From Bacilli bacterium (GTDB taxonomy: Bacteria; Bacillota_I; Bacilli_A; RFN20; CAG-826), in the NCBI GenBank assembly GCA_017940265.1, contig JAGAYY010000031.1:9151-73150 (forward strand): DNA of 64,000 bases, read 5' to 3'. Of this stretch, positions 1 to 7,170 are shown one piece after another. Position numbers and translations under genes: made by a program. How positions within the stretch are numbered: position 1 is the first letter of the stretch; each line of letters opens with the position of its first letter. The notes under the pieces were generated by a model. The model was not told the origin of the DNA. It saw only the letters and a list, made by a program, of their open reading frames with translations, and ran no database searches.

Positions 1-1103
1 GTGGTGCGATCTTACAATGTGAAAATGAAAATGAAAAAGGGTATATCATTCCTGAATCATTACATAGAGCGACACCAATCCAAATCATCTATTGCGATAG
101 ATGTTTTGAAACAATGAAAGCTTTCAATAATAGTGAGCTTGAACAAAAGGTCGACCAAGAAGTCTTAAAGATTCTTGATGACGCTTTCGCCACAGACGCA
201 CTTATTATCTGGGTTGTTGACTTGTTCTCATTCAACGGCACTCTTAATAGTGAAATCGCTAAGAAAGTGAAGAAGTTAAACGTTATTGTCGTTGGCAATA
301 AACGCGACTTATTCCCACTTAATGTGAAAGATGAATCCTTAGTGGAATATCTTAATGTCACATTCAATGCCTATGGCATTAAACCAAAATCTGTCAGACT
401 TTTAGGCGCTACAAACAAGATTGATTCTAAAGAATTAATCGATTCAGTGAACGCTGCGAGAAAAGGTCATGACGTTTATATGATCGGTAATTCCACCTCT
501 GGTAAGACTTCTATTATTAATAGAGCGATGAAAGGTTTTGAAAATAAGACAAGTAGACAAATCAAAACCATCACCTATCCAGGCACAAACGTGAACGTTT
601 TAGAAATTCCATTATCCCGTTCTTCATTTTTCTATGAATTACCAGGTATTTCTCAAACTACATCCGCGACAGGTAAATTAGAAAAAGATGTCGTTAGACA
701 AATCGTTCCTAAGAAAATGGTGAAAGTCATTACCCGCACAATGAGCGCTGGTGATGCCCTCATGGTTGGCTCCTTAGCGGCTTTTGAAATTATTAAAGGT
801 AAAACCACAAACTATCGTTTCTATTCCGCAGAAGGCGTGGAAACAAGAAAAGTGCAATCCAAGAAGTTGGATGACTACATTAATGAAAACAATATCCGTC
901 GTTTTGCTAGACCAGTCTCTGAAAGATTAGTCAGCTTCTTAGACTACGATATGTTTGAATATGCGATGGAAAATGATAAGAAATGGCACGATATCGCCAT
1001 CGAAGGCTTAGGCTGGTTATCATTTATCGCGCAAGGACAAATGATTCGTGTACGCTTACCTAAGGGCGTCGCACTCAAAGAAAGTATCGCTAAAATTAAA
1101 TAA
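1..1103 (+). CDS. yqeH: Ribosome-biogenesis GTPase YqeH (5' end runs off the window)
   Basis: The frame of ORF 114..1103 stays open back to base 3. The upstream residues (GAILQCENENEKGYIIPESL...IIYCDRCF) supply the Cys-rich N-terminal zinc finger. Circularly permuted GTPase motifs are present: VGNKRDL precedes GNSTSGKTS. Confidence 0.85.
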   Translation, partial: GAILQCENENEKGYIIPESLHRATPIQIIYCDRCFETMKAFNNSELEQKVDQEVLKILDDAFATDALIIWVVDLFSFNGTLNSEIAKKVKKLNVIVVGNKRDLFPLNVKDESLVEYLNVTFNAYGIKPKSVRLLGATNKIDSKELIDSVNAARKGHDVYMIGNSTSGKTSIINRAMKGFENKTSRQIKTITYPGTNVNVLEIPLSRSSFFYELPGISQTTSATGKLEKDVVRQIVPKKMVKVITRTMSAGDALMVGSLAAFEIIKGKTTNYRFYSAEGVETRKVQSKKLDDYINENNIRRFARPVSERLVSFLDYDMFEYAMENDKKWHDIAIEGLGWLSFIAQGQMIRVRLPKGVALKESIAKIK

Positions 1104-1105
1104 CT

Positions 1106-1393
1106 ATGTTAACACCAAAACAAAAACGTGATTTGAAGGCTTTAGCCTCAACATTAACCATCCGTTACCAAATCGGTAAAAACGAAATATCCCAAACTCT
1201 TATCGATATGCTCGATAAAGCTTTAACTGCGCATGAATTAATCAAGATTGATGTGATGAAAGGTTGCTCTCTTCCAGTTATGGAAGTGGCAATTGATATC
1301 TCTAACAAGTTAAACGCTGAACTCGTTCATGTCATGGGTAGAGTTATCATCCTATTCCGTAGGAATAAAGAGAATCCAAAAATCAAATTATAA
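1106..1393 (+). CDS. yhbY: YhbY/CRS1-type RNA-binding protein (YqeI)
   Basis: 95 aa. The N-terminus (LTPKQKRDLKALA..IGKNEIS) and the position between yqeH and nadD match the conserved yqeH-yqeI-nadD-yqeK arrangement. Confidence 0.8.
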   Translation: MLTPKQKRDLKALASTLTIRYQIGKNEISQTLIDMLDKALTAHELIKIDVMKGCSLPVMEVAIDISNKLNAELVHVMGRVIILFRRNKENPKIKL

Positions 1394-2472
1394 TGAATAG
1401 AATTATTTTCGGTGGTGGTTTCGATCCAGTTCACCTAGGACATATCAATATGGCCATCATGGCCCAACAAGCTTATCCTGGTGAAGTGGTTTTCGTACCC
1501 GCGAAAATCGCGGTTTGGAAAAGTTCATCCATTAGCCAAGAACACAAATTAGCGATGGTGCAGATTGCCATCAAAAATATTCCTGGCTTCAGTGTGGACA
1601 CTTTTGAGCTTGATCAGCCTGAACAACCTCGTAGTTATCAAACAGTGGAGTACTTCAAAAAGAAATATCCAAACGATAAACTCTACTTTTTGATTGGCCA
1701 AGACCAAGTCAATGCCTTCCATGAATGGGCAAAACCAGAAGAAATCGCTAAAAACACCCAAATAATCTATTATGAAAGGCCAAAATATGAACTAAACGAG
1801 GTCAATGTGGATAAATACCATATGATTGCGATTTCTGGCCCCACAATGGATGTTTCATCATCTGACATTAGAGAACTTAGAAGCGCTTATCTTCAAGAAG
1901 ATGTTATCCGTTATATCGAAGATAACGAACTTTATTTTATAAAGAAATTAAAACCTCTTTTAAAAGAGAGCAGATTCAAACACTCCAAATCAGTGGCCCA
2001 TATGGCTTATCAACTCGCGGAGCACCATCATTTAGATTTCTCTAAGGCATATGTCGCTGGTATTCTTCATGACGTCGCTAAAGGGATAAATGATGAAGAA
2101 TCTTTAAGATTAATGAAAGAATTCTACCCAGGATTCTTAGATATTGGTGCCTATGCTTACCATCAATTCTTAGGCGCAATGGTGGCTCGTGATAAATTCG
2201 GTGTCGCCGATCCTGAAATATTAGATGCGATTAAATATCATACGACTGGTAGAAAGAAAATGGGGTGGCTAGAAAAGCTAGTTTTCGTCTCAGATAAGAT
2301 TGAACCAACCCGTCCTTATGACTCAAGTGGCCTCATAAAGGCGATGTATGAAGACTTTGAAAAAGGGTTTATAACCGTCTTAAAAGCCAATAGAGAATTC
2401 CTTATTAGCAAGGATAAAATGGTGGATAACAGGTTCACCGCAGACTGTTTCAAATACTATTTAGGCCTCTAA
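1393..2472 (+). CDS. nadD: Nicotinate-nucleotide adenylyltransferase NadD fused to a YqeK HD-domain hydrolase
   Basis: The N-terminal half has the GGGFDPVHLGH nucleotidyltransferase motif. The C-terminal half has HD-domain motifs (HSKSVAHMA, GILHDVAK, KYHTTG). It is a single 359-aa frame whose start overlaps the yhbY stop (TAATG). Confidence 0.85.
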   Translation: MNRIIFGGGFDPVHLGHINMAIMAQQAYPGEVVFVPAKIAVWKSSSISQEHKLAMVQIAIKNIPGFSVDTFELDQPEQPRSYQTVEYFKKKYPNDKLYFLIGQDQVNAFHEWAKPEEIAKNTQIIYYERPKYELNEVNVDKYHMIAISGPTMDVSSSDIRELRSAYLQEDVIRYIEDNELYFIKKLKPLLKESRFKHSKSVAHMAYQLAEHHHLDFSKAYVAGILHDVAKGINDEESLRLMKEFYPGFLDIGAYAYHQFLGAMVARDKFGVADPEILDAIKYHTTGRKKMGWLEKLVFVSDKIEPTRPYDSSGLIKAMYEDFEKGFITVLKANREFLISKDKMVDNRFTADCFKYYLGL

Positions 2473-2498
2473 AATAGGGGAAGACAATAAGACAAATT

Positions 2499-2524
2499 GC
2501 CTCAGAGATGAGGCTTTTATTTTT
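2499..2524 (+). terminator. Rho-independent terminator of the yqeH-nadD operon
   Basis: GCCTCA-GAGA-TGAGGC hairpin followed by TTTTATTTTT. Confidence 0.75.
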
Positions 2525-2632
2525 GCCTGTGGTTATTAACACACATTTGATTAAGGATTTGAGGAAAACCGCAAAAATAGGCAATTAAATAATCGGGGGG
2601 TTCTGACATGAATCAAGCTAGAGAGTGATGAA

Positions 2633-2812
2633 AGTGGATAAGTCGACTTTTCCACATTTTCCACATCGATTTGCGTGAATACATTAACTTCGCATAATTG
2701 TCATTATGTTAACTTAAATAACGAAAAATAAAACATTTACTTCGTAATATAAAAGACTGACAAATGCAGTTTTTGACTTATACACTTACATTCATCAGTC
2801 TAAATATCCACA
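2633..2812. promoter_or_regulatory. Cluster of DnaA-box-like 9-mers
   Basis: Four sites match TTATCCACA at 8/9. They are 2633-2641 (TTATCCACT on the minus strand), a tandem TTTTCCACA pair at 2648-2656 and 2657-2665, and ATATCCACA at 2804-2812. A 7/9 site lies at 2528-2536. Confidence 0.35.
2687..2714. other. dif: dif chromosome-dimer resolution site (Xer target)
   Basis: ACTTCGCATAA-TTGTCA-TTATGTTAACT has 11-6-11 architecture. The inner arms CGCATAA and TTATGTTAA are identical to E. coli dif. The outer ends ACTTC and AACT match B. subtilis dif. It sits at the convergent strand switch. Confidence 0.8.
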
Positions 2813-2834
2813 TTTTAGCAGATTTTCAAAAGTA

Positions 2835-3455
2835 CTAGAAATCTACTAATTCTTCGGCGTCATGCTTTACGTAATTATTTCTAATGTAGCCAAGCGTGAC
2901 TGCTCTAAGAAGATTTAATTGTTCTGGTGTTAACCTATATCTATTTATGATTTCAACGCACACTTCACCATAATCTTTGATCAAATTCTTGTGAAATTGA
3001 GCATGTAAACCATTAATAGCTTCTTCACTTAGTAAACGTCTTTTGTCTATTGCTCTGATTTGATTGATAACCGCAATTGTTCTGTGCCCGCTGTTGATTC
3101 CTTTTATAACTCCGAGCCTAATATCACTCGCTGGATTCAGCTCTTTAATCTTTTCGGATTTAAGCGGCACAACAGTAATCAGCGGATTCAATTGATTTGA
3201 GTCTAAAAGAACTGCTACAAAATGATCGCCATGAAGCTCTGCACCAAATTCCATTGGAAATCTTGCTAAGTAAACGTCGCCTGCTTTGACCGCAAACTGT
3301 GTTTCAAAATATTTGTAGGCAAATAGATAAGTGTTTAATGCACCCATATATCTATGAGCCTTTTGTCCTTTGATATAAGGTTGAGCCATTGGAATTCTTC
3401 TTTTCTTAAGGATTAGCTGTTGTTTTTCCCTGACGGTAACTTTATTCTCTTTCAT
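2835..3455 (-). CDS. MazF/PemK-fold protein with N- and C-terminal extensions, and no adjacent antitoxin ORF
   Basis: The core GDVYLARFPMEFGAELHGDHFVAVLLDS...ITVVPLKSEK...RTIAVINQIRAIDKRRL parallels the MazF pattern GDxxxxxF.P..GsE..G.RPxvVxS...vvPxT...q.r.id..R. It has a strong RBS (AAAGGAGGGTG) and is monocistronic. Confidence 0.55.
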   Translation of the reverse strand: MKENKVTVREKQQLILKKRRIPMAQPYIKGQKAHRYMGALNTYLFAYKYFETQFAVKAGDVYLARFPMEFGAELHGDHFVAVLLDSNQLNPLITVVPLKSEKIKELNPASDIRLGVIKGINSGHRTIAVINQIRAIDKRRLLSEEAINGLHAQFHKNLIKDYGEVCVEIINRYRLTPEQLNLLRAVTLGYIRNNYVKHDAEELVDF

Positions 3456-3510
3456 GTTTCTTTTGCACCCTCCTTTCTTTATCTAATTCCAACTTAAAAC
3501 GGAAAAATGC

Positions 3511-3538
3511 AAAAGAAAAGAGCATATTTGGTATGCCC
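3511..3538 (-). terminator. Terminator downstream of deoB
   Basis: Minus-strand GGGCATA-CCAAA-TATGCTC hairpin followed by TTTTCTTTTG. Confidence 0.6.
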
Positions 3539-3574
3539 TTCCTTGTAAAAATAGCTCATAAATTTTTTGGAAAA

Positions 3575-4780
3575 TTAGTCAAATAATTCTTCAATTGGCT
3601 TTCCGAGTAAGTGTTCTGGTTTAGCAATTCCAAAGTTTCTAAGGACTGTCGCACCGATATCAGCGAAAGACGCTCTTTCAGGGAGAAGTCCACCATTCTT
3701 GAACGCTTTATTATAAATAATAAGAGGAATCTTTTCTCTTGTGTGGTCAGTACCAGTCCAAGTTGGATCGTTACCATGGTCCGCAGTGATGATTAACAAA
3801 TCATCGTCTTTAAGGAATGGTAAAAGTTCACCAACACGTTTATCAAATGCTTCAATACATTTACCATATCCGATTGGATTTCTTCTATGACCATATTCAC
3901 TATCGAATTCCACTAAGTTAACAAAGCATAAACCGGTGAAATCATGGTTTTTAGCCTCGTCAATGGTCTTATCCATACCATCTTCGTTAGAGACAGTCTT
4001 TTGTGTCTTAACGACGCCATACATGTCGAAAATGTCACCAATCTTACCGACACAGCTTGTCATGAAGCCGTTATCTTGTAAGACATTCATCACTGTTGGC
4101 GCGCTTGGCTTTAATGCTAAGTCATGTCTATGGCCTGTGACACGTTTGAAGTTGGTCTTATCTGTACCAACATATGGTCTAGCGATGATTCTACCAACCA
4201 TCCATTCAGGCTTCATACAAATTTCACGAGCGATTTCGCAACACCTATATAATTCTTCTAAGCCTGTGACTTCTTCGTGAGCGGCGATTTGAAGCACGCT
4301 ATCGCTTGATGTATAGACGATGAGAGAATTGTCTCGACATTGTTCTTCACCAAGTTCCACTAAAATTTCAGTGCCAGAAGCGGCTTTATTACCAATCACT
4401 TTGTGACCAGTTCTTTTTTCTAATTCATCAATGAGTTCTTTTGGAAAGCCGGTATCAGTAAATGTCTTAAAAGGTGTGACAGTATTAATACCCATAATTT
4501 CCCAGTGACCAGTCATTGTGTCTTTGCCATTACTCACTTCGTGAGCTTTAGTGATAAAGGATTGTGGATGGTTCACTTTGCTTGTGCCTCTAATTGGATC
4601 AAGGTCACCCATACCCATCGCGTTCATCACTGGGACATTTAAGCCATTAGGCATTTTCTCGCCAATGTGGACTAAGGTATTAGAGCCTTTATCACCAAAC
4701 TTATCAGCGTCTGGAAGATAACCGCTGCCCATAGAGTCAGCAACGATTACAAAAATTCTCTTAAAACGATAATTTTTCAT
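3575..4780 (-). CDS. deoB: Phosphopentomutase
   Basis: 401 aa. It has the metal-dependent alkaline-phosphatase-superfamily pattern, with ADSMGSG near the N-terminus and ITADHGNDPTWTGTDHTRE near the C-terminus. Confidence 0.9.
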   Translation of the reverse strand: MKNYRFKRIFVIVADSMGSGYLPDADKFGDKGSNTLVHIGEKMPNGLNVPVMNAMGMGDLDPIRGTSKVNHPQSFITKAHEVSNGKDTMTGHWEIMGINTVTPFKTFTDTGFPKELIDELEKRTGHKVIGNKAASGTEILVELGEEQCRDNSLIVYTSSDSVLQIAAHEEVTGLEELYRCCEIAREICMKPEWMVGRIIARPYVGTDKTNFKRVTGHRHDLALKPSAPTVMNVLQDNGFMTSCVGKIGDIFDMYGVVKTQKTVSNEDGMDKTIDEAKNHDFTGLCFVNLVEFDSEYGHRRNPIGYGKCIEAFDKRVGELLPFLKDDDLLIITADHGNDPTWTGTDHTREKIPLIIYNKAFKNGGLLPERASFADIGATVLRNFGIAKPEHLLGKPIEELFD

Positions 4781-4790
4781 TGTTTTTTCC

Positions 4791-5666
4791 TCACTTCATA
4801 ATCTTATCATAATCTGACTTCAGTTTCTCGCTAGAAACGTGCGTATATATTTGCGTTGTCGCAATATTTGTGTGTCCAAGCATCCCTTGCACCATGCGTA
4901 GCTGGGCCCCATGGTTGAGTAGATGCGTCGCAAAGCTATGTCTAAGCGTGTGTGGAGAAATGGTCATCTCAATGCCGGCCAATTCGGCATATTCACGCAC
5001 TTTCTTAAAGAAATAAACTCTGCTGAGAGGATTTCCGCTTCTATTAAGGAACAAATAGTCGCTCTTTTTAAATTCGCTTTTGTTACGGACTTCGTTGATA
5101 TATTTCTTGATATATTCAACTGCGTACTCAGCGATTGGGACTTTCCTCTCCTTAGCGCCCTTGCCAAAGACAGTAATGATACACTTATTTAGGTTCACTT
5201 GTCCACGTTTAAGATTTAAAAGTTCACTAACTCTTAATCCTGAGGAGTACATTGTCTCTAGCATTGCTCTATCTCTAATCCCACTTGGAGAAGTTAAATC
5301 AGGGGCTTCTAAAAGCCTATCAATCTCTTCTTCACTTAAGCAGTTTGGTAAGTGTTTTGGCTTTTTAGGTGTTTCAATATCGGGGATATTACCGATAAAA
5401 TAGCCTTCTTTCTTTAGAAAAAGATAAAAACTACGAGTGGAACTAAGTCTTCTTAAAGCGGTTGAAACGGATTTGCCTAACGAGAGTTCAAACTTTAAGA
5501 ACTCATATAAATCAGTTTCGAGTAAATCGCTTGTGTCTTTCTTATCGGAGAAATAGTTAAAGAAGGCTTGTAAGTCTTCTAAATAAGACACCCAAGTCTG
5601 TGGTGATAAGCCACGTTCCACTAAAACGTATTGTTGAAATAAATCAACGGCGTCTTTTATTTCCAT
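4791..5666 (-). CDS. XerC/XerD-family tyrosine recombinase
   Basis: It has an N-terminal SAM-like core-binding domain (VERGLSPQT). The catalytic region is HTLRHSFATHLL..GAQLRMVQGMLGH..IATTQIYTHV, closest in feel to RipX/XerD. Confidence 0.85.
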   Translation of the reverse strand: MEIKDAVDLFQQYVLVERGLSPQTWVSYLEDLQAFFNYFSDKKDTSDLLETDLYEFLKFELSLGKSVSTALRRLSSTRSFYLFLKKEGYFIGNIPDIETPKKPKHLPNCLSEEEIDRLLEAPDLTSPSGIRDRAMLETMYSSGLRVSELLNLKRGQVNLNKCIITVFGKGAKERKVPIAEYAVEYIKKYINEVRNKSEFKKSDYLFLNRSGNPLSRVYFFKKVREYAELAGIEMTISPHTLRHSFATHLLNHGAQLRMVQGMLGHTNIATTQIYTHVSSEKLKSDYDKIMK

Positions 5667-6840
5667 CTTTCTTTACCTCACTGGCTCTTTTTAATAATGG
5701 CTTCTTTAAGGAACGATTCAAATCGTTAATGAGTAATTTAGTGGCACTTTCTTCTTCGTGTCTAGAATAGTCAAATAAACTCATTTGCACCGCCATTTCT
5801 TGATAATCGATGAGATTTTGAAGGGTGATTCCCACGAGTCTAAGCGTCATACGTGAGAAATTTTTCTCGTATAAAGCGCAGGCGACATCATAAATGGTCT
5901 CCCACTTATTCGTTGGATTTTCAAAAGTCGTCGATTTATTAAATGATTTAAAGGCTTGGTCTTTGACCACAATTTGGACAGTATGGCCAAGTTTATCTTC
6001 CTTTATTGCGCGTTCGGAGACCTCTTTAGCGAGCTCTAAGAAGTATTCTTTAATCTTCACTTTGTTATCAGTGTCATATGGAAGTGTTGTGGAATTGCCA
6101 ATGGATTTAGGATCCCATTTCTCTAATTCAATCTCATCAGAGCCTTTGCCCTCTAACCACTCTTTGAGTGTATAGAAGAATTTGCCGGTGATGCTCTTAA
6201 CATCTTCGTCATCACTTTCTAACTTCTGATATAAATCTCCGATGGTCTTGATACCAATGCTTTTAAGTCTAGGAGCAGTTCTTTTACCCACGCCAAACAT
6301 TGATTCAACTTTAAGTGGGAACAAGATACTTTCAATATCACGTTTATGAATAATGGTTAAGCCCATTGGCTTTTGATAGTCACTTGCCATCTTAGCGAGG
6401 AATCTAGTCGTAGAAACACCAATGGAACACTTTAAGCCTGTCTCTTTAAATAAATCCGCTTGGAGTTTTCTAAAGAAAAACACAACATCGCTTTGTCCTT
6501 TAATAGCGTCAGTGAAATCGGCGAAACATTCATCGATAGAGGCTGGTTCAACAAGCTTTGTGTATCTTCTCACAAAGTTAAAGAACTTCTTGCTCATCGA
6601 AGAATAATAATGATAGTCACCTGGAATGATAATTAAGTTCGGACAAAGCTGTTTAGCCTTGAACATCGGCATAGCCGAAGAGACACCGTATTTTCTCGCC
6701 ACATATGAACACGTTGAAACAATCCCTCCTCTACCATCATGACCAATCGCCACTGGCTTATTCTCTAATGAGGGATCTTTGATTTCTTCACATCTAGCAA
6801 AGAAAGCATTAAGGTCAATATGGACGATAACTTTGCTCAT
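5644..6840 (-). CDS. dinB: DNA polymerase IV (Y-family)
   Basis: Motifs HIDLNAFFA, SIDECF and the little-finger region are present. The start is trimmed to ATG 6840 (MSKVIVHIDL), because the track start at 6861 is GTG. Confidence 0.9.
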   Translation of the reverse strand: MSKVIVHIDLNAFFARCEEIKDPSLENKPVAIGHDGRGGIVSTCSYVARKYGVSSAMPMFKAKQLCPNLIIIPGDYHYYSSMSKKFFNFVRRYTKLVEPASIDECFADFTDAIKGQSDVVFFFRKLQADLFKETGLKCSIGVSTTRFLAKMASDYQKPMGLTIIHKRDIESILFPLKVESMFGVGKRTAPRLKSIGIKTIGDLYQKLESDDEDVKSITGKFFYTLKEWLEGKGSDEIELEKWDPKSIGNSTTLPYDTDNKVKIKEYFLELAKEVSERAIKEDKLGHTVQIVVKDQAFKSFNKSTTFENPTNKWETIYDVACALYEKNFSRMTLRLVGITLQNLIDYQEMAVQMSLFDYSRHEEESATKLLINDLNRSLKKPLLKRASEVKKDGNKRRR

Positions 6841-6885
6841 ACCTACATTATATATGCGCACGTTGATTATGTTAACTAAATTGTT

Positions 6886-6916
6886 TGCAAAATAAAATCC
6901 TGCTTAAACAGGACAT
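6886..6916 (-). terminator. Terminator after xseB
   Basis: Minus-strand TCCTG-TTTAAG-CAGGA hairpin followed by TTTTATTTT. Confidence 0.5.
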
Positions 6917-6974
6917 TATTTCTAATACAAAGTATTATTTCTACTAAATAACCACTAGTAAAATACTATGAAAA

Positions 6975-7169
6975 TTATTTATTTTCGATGACCTTTTCGA
7001 CCTTTTCTTCCGCGTCTTTTAAGGCTTTTTCTAACTTTTTGATGATCTCTTGACCTTCCTTATAGAGACTTAAACACTCATCTAAAGGGAGTTTTTCTGA
7101 AGATATATTAGCGACGATTTCATCTAATCTCTTCATCTCTTTTTCAAAGTCAAATTGCTTTTCTTCCAT
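6975..7169 (-). CDS. xseB: Exodeoxyribonuclease VII small subunit
   Basis: A 64-aa helical protein (FEKEMKRLDEIV..LPLDE.L.LYKEG) lying immediately 3' of xseA. Confidence 0.85.
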   Translation of the reverse strand: MEEKQFDFEKEMKRLDEIVANISSEKLPLDECLSLYKEGQEIIKKLEKALKDAEEKVEKVIENK

Positions 7170-7170
7170 A

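Noticed and set aside
89-367. Many 60-140-aa ORFs antisense to or overlapping the large genes, for example 89..367, 3936..4280, 5080..5403, 11972..12316, 22786..23220, 29614..29937 and 59892..60698.
   Set aside because: Each lies entirely inside a longer ORF with strong family motifs on the other strand or frame. Their composition is low-complexity (Ser/Leu/Ile-rich), typical of shadow frames in AT-rich DNA. None has an SD or promoter.
2528-2812. Reading the DnaA-box cluster as the chromosomal origin (oriC).
   Set aside because: The flanking genes converge on this gap, which is terminus polarity. No dnaA or dnaN gene is nearby, and a strong dif site sits in the middle. It is kept only as a non-origin box cluster.
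6861-6881. A second TTATGTTAACT (the dif right-arm 11-mer) upstream of dinB. Together with the dif at 2687 it could bracket an IMEX-like segment.
   Set aside because: The left half (ATATATGCGCA) has no CATAA arm, so this is only a half-site. The GTTAAC core coincides with the TTAACA -35 element of the dinB promoter. The enclosed genes (deoB, xer, dinB) are core functions.
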